From contig NC_092387.1 in assembly GCF_030028105.1 (NCBI RefSeq), positions 17,358,244 to 17,422,243 of the forward strand: 64,000 bases of DNA, read 5' to 3'. The translations under genes were made by a program, and so were the position numbers. The notes beneath the pieces were generated by a model. That model saw only the letters and a program-made list of their open reading frames with translations, had not been told where the DNA came from and did no database searches. Numbering within the stretch: the stretch's first letter is position 1; each line of letters opens with the position of its first letter. Source of the stretch: Mobula birostris (Eukaryota). Shown here piece by piece: positions 1-13,610 of the stretch.

Positions 1-1479
1 AACATGACTCTTCTATGTTTTAATATGATCACCCCTCTACATGCCAAAAATGCAAATCCCTGTAATTAGTCTGTGGCAGAGGAAGAGTCCACTCAAGCAA
101 CCTCTGCAGTTCTATATGCCATGCACAGATGAAGACATCACACAGTGAAAGGTACATTCACTAGAGTGATTAACAGGACGGGCCTAATTAATGAGTGTAA
201 TGGTAATTAGACATTGCTAAAGGACATTAGGGTAAATGACTACATTCACATTTATCAACTTATTCACAATGTCAAGTTCAGAGGCAGGGAGATTCATCTA
301 ACCACATCATTCAGCACTTACACAAAAATATACTTCTATTTAGTACATAAAAATAAGAGTGTACTAATCAGTCCCTGCAGACATGCCCTGCTATTCAATA
401 TGATCATATGTGGTATGTCCCAGGCCTCAACAACTCCTCCACTCTCAACATCTTCCTCCTCTACTAAACGAACCAAAAAGAGCTGTCAAGGTGCTCAATT
501 GCGTGCTAACAGCTTCACACCATCTCAACTGACTGCTTCTGTCTGTCAACCACGAAGCGATCACCAACACCACAGTCCCCATTAGTCCACTCACCTGGAG
601 TGGTCATGCCATGGCTGGGATCGATGAATAACTATCAAACTGGTCATTTTTTTACTCTTAGCCATAGAATCCCCAACCCCTTTCCCTTTCCTTCCTGCAA
701 ACCTGGGTCTGGACCAAATCAGGTAATCTAGCCAAGATCTAAAATCTTTGTGATCCATATAGATCAAGAGCACATTAATAACAGCAATATTCAGTCAATT
801 AGTTATTGACTAATAACTGAAATCTGTGCAGAAATTAGAACAAACAATAGATACCGTACTGTGCAAAAGTCTTAGCCACGTACATATAGCTAGAATGCCT
901 AACAATTCTGTTGTAATTTTATGTATTGCACTGTACTGCTGCCACAAAAACAAGACAAATTTCATGACACATGTGAGTGATGATAAACCTAATTCTGATA
1001 TGGGTCTCTTCTGTGGACTGACAGTGAGAAGGGACAGGGAGAGAGGAATCATGGGAAAAGGGGAAGAGAGCGGGCACCAGACAGACATCCTGTAATGATC
1101 AATAAGACAATTGTTCGGAATCAAATGACCTTGCCTGGTGTCCCAGGGCCAGGTGTGTCGGCACCCGTACCCATCCTCCCCTGCCCGGCACTCCTTCTCT
1201 GCCACCTGTCCCACACCCCTCCCACAGTGCTCCATCCTCGCCATTCCCAATACCTTTGCTCCCACCAGATTTATAAGCTCGCTCTCCACTCCATGTTGAC
1301 AAAATACAGGACTATGCAAAAGTCTTAGCCACTCTAGCTGTATATATGTGCCTGAGGCTCATGCACTGTACGTACAGCACTCAGTGAGATAAACAGAACT
1401 TCTTTCAAGCTAGCTAACTGCTATTTCTGAGATGATGAAATTGAAAATGGTTCAGCAGGTCAGAATGCTCTGTACTCAC

Positions 1480-1692
1480 CAGCATTCCACAGAACATGCA
1501 GGGTCCCGAGCCTTCCTGCACACAGACAATGCGGCCACAGCCCAGGCAGTTGTTGATAAGCTTGTGTGTCTGTCCCAAACACTCACAGGGATGGCGGCCT
1601 GGGAGGATCACAGCAAGTCTGTCCTCACCCTCTTTTGTGTACAGGGACAAGTATTTTGTCTTCTTCTTGGATGAGGAACTAGCCTCCTGTGC
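1480..1692 (-). CDS. TRIP4: TRIP4 coding exon 4 (C2HC5-type zinc finger); gene continues beyond the window start
   Basis: 213 bp between tttaccag| and CTG|gtgagt. Encodes AQEASSSSKKKTKYLSLYTKEGEDRLAVILPGRHPCECLGQTHKLINNCLGCGRIVCVQEGSGPCMFCGML, the ASC-1 zinc finger. Confidence 0.97.
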
Positions 1693-2015
1693 CTGGTAAA
1701 AATAGAAGCAAAAAAAATATGATCTAGGAAAGAGTCACAAGAAAGTACAGATGCTGGAATCTGAAGCAAATAAGAAACTGCTAGGTCAAGCAGCATTTAT
1801 GAGGAGAAATGGATAGCTGCCATTTTGGGTCCAGACCCTTCATCTGGACTGCACCTGTGACATAAGAAACATGGCAGCTCACACAAACACCAGGGAGATA
1901 ATTAAAAAACATATTACGTTCAAATGTCATTGTGGATCAATTCATAGAGTTATACAACACAGTAACAGGCCCTCTGACTCACCATATCCATGCCAACTTT
2001 TATGTCCATCTAAAC

Positions 2016-2095
2016 CAGGCGTTCCCAATCTTTTTTTATGCACGGAGTCTCACCATTAACCAAGGGGTCCATGGACCCCAGGTTGGGAACCCCTG
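2016..2095. mobile_element. ~80-bp hAT-type MITE
   Basis: TIRs CAGGCGTTCCCAA / TTGGGAACCCCTG. 8-bp flanks ATCTAAAC / ATCGAAAC. Confidence 0.75.
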
Positions 2096-2344
2096 ATCGA
2101 AACTAATCTCACCTGGTTGCCTTAGGTCTGTATCCATCCATATCTTGCCTATGAATTGTATTTGATTCCACCACCTCCTCAGGCAGTGTGTTCCAGATAT
2201 TTGTGGAATCCTGAGCATTAGACCAAGAAAAGTGAAGGAGGAATACATGGGATGCTACCTGGAATGGATGGAGTTGTCATATCATAAATGACTAAAGAAA
2301 CAAAAATTGGTATTAGTATTAAGAATAAGAAGCGATCTTATTGA

Positions 2345-3032
2345 AATATAACAAAGGAGCTGGTTGTGGATTACAGGAGGAATGGAGACAGGCTAACCCC
2401 TATTGACATCAATGGATCTGGGGTTGAGAGGGCAAACAGCTTTAAGTTCCTCAGCATCCATGTTTCTGAGGTCTGTACACACCAGCTGTGTGGTGAAAAA
2501 GGCACAACTGCACCTCTTTCACCTCAGACGGTTGAGGAAGTTTGGTATAGGCCCCCAAATCCTAAGAACTTTCTACAGAGGCATAATTGAGAGCATCCTG
2601 ATTGGCTGCACCATTGCCTGGTATGGGAACTGTACTCCCCTCAATCACAGGACTCTGCAGAGAGTGGTGCGGACAGTCCAGCACAGCTGTAGTTGTGAAC
2701 TCCCCACTATTCAGCACATTTACAAAGACAGGTGTGAAAAAAGGGCCTGAAGGATCATTGGGGACCCAAGTCACCCCAACCACAATCTATTCCAGCTGCT
2801 ACCATCCGGGAAACGGTATTGCAGCATAAAAGCCTGGACCAACAGGGTATGGGACAGCTTCTTCCACCAGGCCATCAAACTGATTAACTGGCGCTGATTT
2901 GAGTAAATTTCTATGTTACATTGACTGTTCTATTTATTATAAATTACTATAATTGCATATTGCACATTTAGACAGAGATGTAAAGATTTTTATTCATGTA
3001 TATGAAGGATGTAAGAAATAAGTTCAATTCAA
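2345..3032 (+). mobile_element. Rex1/Babar LINE 3' fragment
   Basis: KAQ..LFHLRRLRKFG...FYRGIIESIL.GC..AWYGN, then 3' UTR and tail. Confidence 0.8.
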
Positions 3033-4571
3033 AACTGAAGAAGTACAACAGAGTAGTTATCAAAACTTTCCCACTCATGGGAGAATCTCAAAATAGTGGA
3101 CATAGCTACAGAATTAAAAGGGAAATTAATGGAAGCCAAGTGGAATTGACAAGGTTGTCCCATCTTCCAATGTCTGCCCCATCAAGCGCCTCCTGCCATG
3201 TCTGTAGAAGGAACTGTGATCACGACCCATCTCAGAATATGGATGGATGGATGTAAATTACCTTCATCATTAAGTAGGACAATGTTTCTCACCCTCTACA
3301 TGCCACCTTGGCTGAACAGAGGAGCACTTTTAGTAAAAGGTTAAGACAACTGTCCTGCTCCAACGAGCGCTATATGAGGTCATTCTTACCCTCGGCCATC
3401 AGGATCTACAATGAGTCAACCTATAGCCAGGGAAGTGATGACCCCCTTCTGTTAGACCGTTTGAGGTAAATTACTTTTTATTCTTTCTGCTTCTCTTCTA
3501 ATATTTGTATCTGTACACTTGTAATGCTACTGTGACACTGTAATTTCCTCTGGGATTAATAAAGTATCTATCTATCTGGTTGTTCACTTTCAGCAGCACC
3601 ATCTTAAACTGGAAACCACAATAAATATAAAAGCAATCTTATAAAACAAATGTACAAGTAACTGTTATATACGCAGAATTGATTGTGTGTATATAAAGTG
3701 ACGCTGATGGTGGACGCCTGTGGGGCAGGTTAATCGTTGGAGGTATTGATTAGTCTGACAGTTTGGGGGAGTATCTGTTTTTGAGGCTAGTGGTCCTGGC
3801 ATGAATGCTGCGTAATCTCCTCCCTGATGTGAACCTTTCATGACATAAGGTCTTCCAAGGCATTTTATAGCCAATTACATGTCATCATGGTTGCTAAGTA
3901 GATAGCTTAATTGACAACTGCCCACATAAAGTAATGAGCTATTGACTAGATATTTAGTTTTTTGTTAATGCTGGTTGGAAGATAAATATCAACCAAAGCA
4001 CCTTGAAGTAGCACAAAATACGCCACAACTGTTTAAACAACTGAAAGTGCACTATTCCTTCCACACAAGTTTAGTTTTCATGCGCAAAACTGGCAGGAGA
4101 CTTAAACTCAGCAATCACAGATGACTGTTTATCCAGACTTTAAGACTAACACTGTATTTGATTGAGTGATCTAGAGTCATAGAGATATACTGTTTTTTCA
4201 AGATAGGATTAAAGGTATGCATTGCCAAGTATGGTTAGCTTAGCAGCTAGCATAATGTTTCACAGTGCCAGAGAACCAGGTTTAATTCCGTTGGTCTGTA
4301 TGTTCTCCCTGTGACTATGGGTTTCCTCTGGGTGCTCCAGTTTTCTCCCACACTCCAAAGATGTATGGATTAGTAAGGATTAGTAGGTTATAGGAATGCT
4401 ACGGTGCTATTGGCACCAGAAGCATGGTGACACTAGCAGGCTGCCCCCAGCACATCCTTGGACCATGCTAGTCGTTGACGCAAATGACATATTTCTATGT
4501 ACATGTGACAAGAAAAGCTAATCATTGTTAAGCATCAATCTTTGCATAATGCTGCTGAAGTACCTTTAGAA

Positions 4572-4651
4572 CAGGGGTTCCCACGCTGGGATCCATGGAT
4601 CCCTTGCTTAATGATATTGGTCCATGGCATAAAAAAGGTTGGGAATCCCTG
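4572..4651. mobile_element. ~80-bp hAT-type MITE (same family, opposite orientation)
   Basis: CAGGGGTTCCC...GGGAATCCCTG. Internal sequence is the reverse complement of the 2016 copy. Confidence 0.75.
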
Positions 4652-5804
4652 CTTTATCCTTTCCCATAGTAATAAACACAAGTGCAAAAACAATACAAGC
4701 AAAAGTGGCCTGCAGTTTGAGCAGTCAAGAACCTCCTCAAACAAACCCAGGAGAAAGATAACCAAATAGTTATCACACCTCCAAAGTGACAATACCAGGT
4801 CAAAATGTATGATCAAGTATCACAGACAAAGGAATGATTCTTAATAAATCAAAGTTTTATACCGGTTTTAAAAAAATGATGTACTTCATTCTTCACTGAT
4901 TATACATAGCCTCATCAAATGGTTAAAATACAAATTGTGAACTTTTTTCCTATCCAACTTTTTCCAATAGCATACTTTGATTATTCAAGGAACAGGAGCA
5001 GATAGGGATCTTAGTCACAGAGACTTCAGACAGGCATGGGTGCATTCCATGAACTAACAGCACTGCTTATCAACATTCTGAGATTTGCCAATTCCATTCT
5101 CTTAGGCAAAATCCAAGCGATGCCATGAGTGCTGTTGAATATTGAAGTGAGGATTGTGTGGGTAGCTCGGTGGAATGTAGTTGTTAATACTGAAAATCAT
5201 TTCCACAATGCGCCCACATTCTTCAACCATCGGTGCCTAGAATATTCTTTTTTCAAAATGTGTACTACGTAGACCCAGATCAGTTTTAAAGTTAAAGTAA
5301 ATTTATTATCAAGTACATATATGTTACCACATACCACCTCGAGAATGATTTTCTTGCAGGAATTTACAGGAAAATTAAAAAATACAACAGGATTTATGAA
5401 AAACTATACACACTTAAAATCTGACAAACAACCAATGTGCAAATATTTAATAAATAAATAACACCAAGAATAATGAATTGTAAAGTCCAGGAAAGTGAGT
5501 CTTTAGGTGTGAAATCAGTTTGAAGTTGAGCTAATTGAAGTTATTCACACTGGTTCAGGGGCCTATTGATTGCAGGGTTATAACTGTTCCTTAACTGATG
5601 GTGTGGGACCCAAGGCTCCTGTACCTCTTGCCTGATGGTAGAGGCAAGAAGAGATTATGGCTTAGATGGTGGGGTTCCTTGATGCTGCTTTGCTGCTTTC
5701 TTTTGGTTGCTTGTAAATGTGATTAATAGTGGGGAGGGCTTTGAATGTTGATAAACTGGGTTGTATCCAAGCATGCTGAATGTATGCAAGCTTCTAAGAA
5801 AGTT

Positions 5805-7190
5805 CAAAGTAAATGTATTATCAAAGTCACCATATACAGCCCTGAGGCTCATTTTCTTATGGGCATACTCAGTAAATCCACAACAGAATAATAACCATAA
5901 CAGAATCAATGAAAGACTGCACTAACCTAGCGTTCAACCAATTTGCAAAAGACAACTGTTCAAATACAAAATGAAAGAAATGATAATAACAACAAATAAG
6001 CAATAAATATTGAGAACATGAGATGGAGAGTCCTTGAAAGTGGGTCCATAGGACGTGGGAACATTTCAATGATGGGGCAAGTGAAGTTATCCCTTTTGGT
6101 TCAAGAGCCTGATGACTGAGAGGTAATAACTCTTCCTGAACCTGGTGCTTTTGAGTCCTGAGGCTCCTGTACATTCTTCCTGATGGCAGCAGTGAGAAGG
6201 GAATATCTCCTGGGTGGTGGGGATCACTAATGATAGCTGCTGCTTTCCTGTGATAATGTTTTATGTTGACGTGCTCTATGGTGGGGGAGCGCTTTATCCA
6301 CGATGGACTGGGTTGCATCCACTACTTTCTGCAGGGTTTTCTGTTCAAGGGCATTGGTGTTTTCATACCCGGCTGTAATGCACCCAGTCAATATACTCTC
6401 CACTGCACATCTAAAGAAGTTTGTCAAAGTTTTAGATGTCATGCCAAATCTTCACAAACTAGAGGTGCTGTTGTGCTTTCCTTGTGACAGCATTTACTTC
6501 CTGGTCCTAAGAAAGATCTTTTGATATGATAATTCCCAAGAATTTAAAGTTACAGACCTCTCCACTTCCGATTCTCTAATGAGGAACAGTTCACGGATAT
6601 CTGGCTTCTTCTTCCTGAAGTCAATAATCAGCTCTTTGTTTTTGCTGATGTTGCGCGAGAGGTTGTTGTGGCAGAACCACTCAACCAGATTTTCGATCTC
6701 CCTCCTATATTCTTCAGCTTTGATTCAGCCAACAACAGTGGAGTCATCAGCAAACTTAAATATGCAATTGGAGCTATACCTAACCACACAGTCATAGGTA
6801 TAAAGTGAGTAGAGCAGGGGGCTAAACACACTGCCTTGTGGTGAACCTGCGCTGATAGTGATTGTGAAGGAAATGCTAGCAATCTGTAATGACTGGCATC
6901 TGCAAATTAGGAAATTGAGGATCCTTTTGCACAGGGAAGTATCAAGGTTGGAGCTTATTGATTAGTTCAGAGGGCCTGTCAGTATTGAATGCTGAGCTGT
7001 AGTCAATGAAGACCATCCTAATGTATGAATCCTCCATTGTCCAGATATTCCAGAGCTGAGTGAAGAGCCAATGAAATTGCACTTGCTGTTGAACTGTTAT
7101 GACTATAGGCAAATTGGAGTGGAACCAGGTCACTGCTCAGGCGGGAGTTGATATGTACCAACCTCTCAAAGCACTTCATCACAGTGGATG
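5805..7190 (-). mobile_element. Rex1/Babar LINE 3' fragment
   Basis: FIDYSSAFNT, FADD, FFRCAVESILTGCIT, DPHHPG...LLPSGR. Confidence 0.8.
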
Positions 7191-8565
7191 TATTTTAAGT
7201 GATACTGGACAATAGTAACAGTACTGGACCAATCAGACCAAATTGGTTAAAAAGGTACAGAAAATAAAGCAAGTTGAGAAACAGGCAACTCCTCCAGAGC
7301 AAAAATCCAATCAGCAGCTGAGATCCCTCATAGATCAAGGTGAGAATAAGATCATAAAAATTATCAGGAAACCTTTCATTAAACTATGCCTATATCAGAT
7401 CATTGGAAGCATATTTCAATTAGTCCCATTTCCCCTTTTCTACATTTATATGGTATATCCATCTAAACTATATACCTCTTCTACCACCAAACTGAGCATT
7501 CCATATCCTCAATTATAGGAAAATAAAACAATCACCAGAGTTTCCAAACTGGCCCTGCTTCAACTGCACAGCAGCTGTGATGCTTCCCCATTGAATCATA
7601 TTTCACCTGAGGGTTGGCTTTGAATTTGCATCAGCAGAATTAAACCCAAAATGAAGCCAACAAAAGACATGAGATATAGTAGGAGAATGAGGCCATTCAG
7701 CCCACTGAGTCTACTCCATTATGGCTGATTTATTATTCCTTTCAACCCCACTCTCCCGCCTTCTCCCCATAAACTTTGATGTTTACTCCAAGAACTTAAC
7801 TCTGCTTTAAATATAGTCATAGTCATACTTTATTGATCCCGGGGGAAATTGGTTTTCGCTACAGTTGCACCATAAATAATTAAATAGCATCTTGGTGGAA
7901 TGAGTCTCTGGCTGAATGACCCCTGGGCCCAACCAGTACATTATGTAGTGGATGAGAGACATTGTCCAAGATGGCATGCAACTTGGACAGCATCCTCTTT
8001 CAGACACCACCGTCAGAGAGTCCAGCTCCATCCCCACCACATCACTGGCCTTATGAATGAGTTTGTTGATTCTGTTGGTGTCTGCTACCCTCAGCCTGCT
8101 GCCCCAGCACACAACAGCAAACATGATAGCACTGGCCACCACACATATACACACAGACACATATACACAGTAACTTGGTTTCCACAGCCATCCGTGGGCA
8201 ATGACTTCCACAGATTTACCACCCTCTGGCTAAAACTCTCCAGGAAAAGCAAAAACTTAAAGAAAATGAACCTCAAATTAGATATTAGAGTAAGGATATA
8301 ACAGTTTTTGATTTATCATTTAAAGTTTACTAAGTAACCCCAACTTCAAAACTGAACCAATGGACATCGGTAAAATGAATAAAAAGGAGAAAACCATGAA
8401 ACTTTAGGACAAGTTTACAAAATCTGTTACTTAGAGAGAATAAGTAATTAAATTGCAGCGGTTATTTCAACTTGCCAAATCACCCTGAATTCAGGAATTG
8501 GCATTATGAAGTTCCAATCTGTTATCTGAAAGGGGAGAGGGGGGTGACACATCAATTTAACATCG

Positions 8566-9852
8566 CAGACATCTCACCCTGCAAAAACTCATTTCAGGGA
8601 GGTAGCACCCCCACCCCCCCCGGTCGACCTTCAAGGGTGTATGTAATACTTTGTTTAGTGATTTTGTCTAATCTGTAAACCAAGTTGGGTACATGCAGCA
8701 AATGTGACATTAAAATATGTACCTATATATTATATTATCATGTTTATTCTATTACAACTTTAAGCAAGTCTACAGGGAGTTTGGCCTCATCACGTAGGAC
8801 ATCAATAGTGTAGCTCCTTAGCAGCTAGCCGGCTAATTTAAATAACGTTAGCTATGCTAATGAACGAATGACACCTGTTAAGCTCACCTCAACATGTCTT
8901 TTACCTTTTAACCCACCATGGGCAATAGAAAAGTCACTGTTGCAAACAGTACAGTGAGCAACACTGCCATTATTTTTGAGGTTGACTGGAAAGCCCGCCC
9001 ACAGAGAAAACTGATAGGTCTACTTAGCAGGGGTCCCAATGCTTTTTGCACCGCAGACCAGTTTAATATCGACAACATTCTTGCAGACCGGCCGACTGGG
9101 GAGGTGGGGGGAGGGTGTTAATCATGACCGGAATATAGGTGATAAGTCAGTAGCATCATAACATTTTAAGTAACATGGATATTAAACACACATTGCATAT
9201 TTTCCCCATATGAACATACAAGATCATTGTAACACACCAATATCGCTGAATCAGTGGGAGCCCTGGGCTTGTTTCCCTGCAACAAGATGGTCCTATCGAG
9301 GGGAGATGGGAGACAGTGATACTCGAAGAGGGTTCCTTATGTCCAGTCTATTCCACAATTTAGTTTTCCTTGCATTCATTGCAGAAAACTCCACTTCGCA
9401 GCGATATCATGTTGGAAATGGAAGCAACGTTTTCAGTGCTTTCGTGGCTATCTCAAGATATTCAGCCTTGACTTTGATCCGGAATGCCGGCAGAGATGTT
9501 ATGTCAAACATGCTTTTCAGCCCACCGTCATTTGCAAGCTCGAGGAGTTGATCTCCTTCCCGCGCTGACATGGATGACGCGCGCGTAATGACCTCGCGTG
9601 CGTTCAAGCTCAACAGTGGGCGTGACAGGGAATGAGGAAAGGTGCAGCTGACTCATGTCGCCAAATCATATTGTTTCCTCGCGGCCCGGTGGTTGGGGAC
9701 CACTCTTAGCACGAAGAGAGACCAATCAGGATGCTCATTCTCCCTCTCCAAAAAATCTATTTTCGGGATATTGTATATAATTTCCGGGTGTCAGGGAGCC
9801 ATTATTGATATGCGGGAGACTCCCGGAACTTCCAGGAGAGGTGGGATGTCTG
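8566..9852. mobile_element. Non-autonomous TIR DNA element (hAT-like) carrying a nested hAT insertion
   Basis: Terminal inverted repeats CAGACATCTCACC and GGTGGGATGTCTG (12/13 match). Confidence 0.6.
9028..9704 (-). mobile_element. hAT (Charlie/Buster-type) deletion derivative with transposase C-terminus
   Basis: Termini CAGGGGTCCCAA...TTGGGGACCACT. Encodes a dimerisation-domain remnant: YLEIATKALKTLLPFPT*YRCE..FS....KTKL.NRL...QAQGSH. Confidence 0.85.
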
Positions 9853-10616
9853 ACATTGGTTGCAATTCGAAAAAGGATGGCTGACCAATTGGTCAAGTGT
9901 GAGCTGATTAAAGAGAATCAGCATGAATCTGTGGATTGGTTCACATTTAGCTAATCGAATTGAATGGTTGCAAAGGTTTAGAGAGCATCTCTGGATGTCA
10001 TCGGTCTGAACACTGATATAGGGTAAGAGTCTAAGGAACATATGGAGCCTCTTCAATGCCCCTACCATACTTACTTCCATCACTCACCACCCCCCTCCAA
10101 CCCAGCAACACACCCCAGATACCTACCACTCACTGTGTATAAAAGACATCTCCTTTGAAGTTTCACCCTCTCACTTCAATGCACATTCTCTGTATTTGAC
10201 ATTTTACTCTGGGGAAAAAGGCACCAACTGTCTACTCTCCCAATCTTTTGAGCTTCTGTCATTAAATTGATTGAGGCCTTCCACTGATCTAGGTCGACCA
10301 TGGATGTTGCACCCGAGCTGTCAATGTGATAGATAAGCCAAGGCAGTACAATATGGAGAGCAAGCTGTTGCCCATGCAGCAGGTTCCTCCTCACCATGCA
10401 GTGGATGAATCCAAAGGAACGGCAGAGACCAATACAGTTTGGCACCAGCAGTGTCGCAGAAGTTGCCGGTCAGTGTTGAACTCATCGTATGACTCTATTA
10501 GAGACTCCAGCTCTGGAGTTTTCCATAAGACCATAAGACAAAGGAGTAGAAGTAGACCATTCGGCCCATCGAGTCTGCTCCGCCATCTTATCATGAGCCG
10601 ATCCATTTTATCCTAT

Positions 10617-13610
10617 TTAGTCCCACTGCCCCGCCTTCTCACCATAACCTTTGATGCCCTGGCTACTCAGATACCTATCAATCTCTGCCTTAAATACGCC
10701 CAATGACTTGGCCTCCACTGCTGCCCCTGGCAACAAATTCCATAGATTCACCACCCTCTGACTAAAAAAATTTCTTCGCATTTCTGTTCTGAAAGGGCGC
10801 CCTTCAATCCTGAAGTCATGCCCTCTCGTATTAGACTCCGCCATCATGGGAAACAACTTTGCCACATCCACTCTGTCCATGCCTTTTAACATTCGAAATG
10901 TTTCTATGAGGTCTCCCCTCATTCTTCTAAACTCCAAGGAATACAGTCCAAGAGCGGACAAACGTTCCTCATATGTTAACCCTCTCATTCCCGGAATCAT
11001 TCTCGTGAATCTTCTCTGTACCCTCTCCAACGTCAGCACATCCTTTCTTAAATAAGGAGACCAAAACTGCCCACAGTACTGCAAGTGAGGTCTCACCAGC
11101 GCCTTATAGAGCCTCAACATCACATCCCTGCTCCTACACTCTATTCCTCTAGAAATGAATGCCAACATTGTATTCGCCTTCTTCACTACTGACTCAACCT
11201 GGAGGTTAACTTTAAGGGAATCCTGTACAAGGACTCCCAAGTCCTGTTGCATCTCAGAACTTTGAATTCTTTCCCCATTTAAATAATAGTCTGCCCGTTT
11301 ATTTTTTCTGCCAAAGTGCATAACCATACACTTTCCAACATCGTACTTCATTTGCCACTTCTCTGCCCATTCTTCCCATCTATCCAAGTCTCTCTGCAGA
11401 CTCCCCGTTTCCTCAGCACTACCGGCCCCTCCACCTATCTTCGTATCGTCAGCAAACTTAGCCACAAAGCCATCTATTCCATAATCCAGATCGTTGATGT
11501 ACAATGTAAAAAGAAGCGGCCCCAACACTGATCCCTGTGGAACACCACTGGTAACCGGCAGCCAACCAGAATAGGATCCCTTTATTCCCACTCTCGGTTT
11601 CCTGCCAATCAGCCAACACTCTATCCACGTATGTAACTTTCCCGTAATTCCATGGGCTCTTATCTTGTTAAGTAACCTCATGTGTGGCACCTTGTCAAAC
11701 GTCTTCTGAAAATCCAAATATACAACATCCACTGCATCTCCCTTGTCTAGCCTACTGGTAATTTCCTCAAAAAATTGTAATAGGTTTGTCAGGCAGGATT
11801 TTCCTTTAAGGAATCCATGCTGAGTTCTGCCTGTCTTGTCATATGCCTCCAGGTACTCTGTAACCTCATCCTTGACAATCGACTCCAACAACTTCCCAAC
11901 CACCGACGTCAAGCTAACAGGTCTATAATTTCCTTTTTGCTTCCTTGCCCCCTTCTTAAATAGCGGAGTGACATTTGCAATCTTCTAGTCTTCCGGAACC
12001 ATGCCAGAATCTATCGACTTTTGAAAGATCATCGCTAATGCCTCCGCAATCTCCACAGCTACTTCCTTCAGAACACGTGGGTGCATTCCATCTGGTCCAG
12101 GAGATTTATCGACTTTTAGCCTATTCAGCTTCCTGAGTACTTTCTCTGTCGTAATTGTGACTGCGCACACTTCTCTTCCCTGCCACCCTTGAGTGTCCGG
12201 TATCCTGCTGTCTTCCTCAGTGAAGACTGATGCAAAATACTTGTTCAGTTCCTCTGCCATCTCCTCATCTCCCATTACAATTTCTCCAGTATCATTTTCT
12301 ATCGGTCCTATATCTACTCTCACCTGTCTTTTACTCTTTATATACTTGAAAAAGCTTTTAGTATCCTCTTTGATATTATTTGCTAGTTTCCTTTCACAGT
12401 TAATCTTTTCTCTCTTAATGACCTTCTTGGTTTCCTTTTGTAAGGTTTTAAAAACTTCCCAATCCTCTGTCTTCCCACTAATTTGTGCTTCCTTGTATGC
12501 CCTCTCCTTTGCTTTAACTTTGGCTTTGACTTCTCTTGTCAACCACTGTTGCATCCTTTTTCCACTCGAAAATTTCTTCTTTTTTGGAATATACCTGTCT
12601 TGCACATTCCTCATTTTTCGCATAAACTCCAGCCACTGCTGCTCTGCCGTCTTTCCCGCCAGTGTCTCTTTCCAGTCAACTTTGGCCAGTTCCTCTCTCA
12701 TGCCACTGTAATTTCCTTTACTCTACTAAAACACCGACACATCAGATTTCGGCTTCTCTTTTTCTAATTTCACAGTGAACTCAATCATGTTATGATCACT
12801 GCCTCCTAAGGGTTCCTTCATCTCAATCTCTCCAATCACCTCCGGTTCATTACATAATACCCAATCCAGTACAGCCGATCCCCTAGTGGGCTCAACAACA
12901 AGCTGTTCTAAAAAGCCATCTCGCAGACATTCTACAAATTCTCTCTCTTGAGATCCAGTGCCGACCTGATTTTTCCAATCTACTCGCATGTTAAAATCCC
13001 CCACAATTATCATAACACTGCCCTTCTGACAAGCCTTTTCTATTTCCAGTTGTAATTTGTAGTCCACATCCCTGCAGCTGTTTGGAGGCCTATAAATAAC
13101 TGCCATCAGGGTCTTTTTACCCCTGCTATTCCTTAGCTCAACCCATAAAGATTCTGCACCTTCCGATCCTATATCACCTCTTTCTAATGATTTAATATCA
13201 TTTCTTACCAATAAAGCCACGCCTCCCCCTCCGCCTACCTTCCTATCCTTCCGATACACCATGTATCCTTGGACGTTCAGCTCCCAGAGACATGCAACCT
13301 TTAGCCAGGTCTCAGTGATGGCCACAATATCATACCTGCCAATCTATAGCTGTACAACAAGATCATCCACCTTATTCCTTATGCTGCGTGCATTTAAGTA
13401 CAACACCTTAAGACCAGTATTTGATACTTCTTGCTTTGATTTCACTGCAACTTTATTGCACTTCAACTCATCCCTATGGCTACACATTTGCCCCATCACC
13501 TGCCTGTCTTTCCTGACATCTTTACTGCTCACTATCTTAGATTTATTTCTGTTATCCCCTTCCTCTGCTCTATCATTCCGGTTCCCATCCCCCTGCCAAA
13601 TTAGTTTAAA
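10617..13610 (-). pseudogene. CR1 ORF2 (endonuclease/reverse transcriptase) with three in-frame TAG stops
   Basis: ORF-track pieces 13344-13532, 12726-13325, 11985-12701 and 10617-11912 share one frame. The only breaks are TAG codons at 13344, 12726 and 11985. Confidence 0.9.

Noticed and set aside
1815-1850. Additional hammerhead copies (also about 18180, 29480, 41730, 51545, 55240, 55860, 60135)
   Set aside because: Core substitutions (CAGAUGA, AAAA for GAAA, or a lost stem II) predict inactivity. Treated as decayed Penelope termini.
10395-10430. Hammerhead-like motif (GGATGA atccaaaggaac) in the split repeat
   Set aside because: It lacks the CUGA and GAAA core nucleotides.
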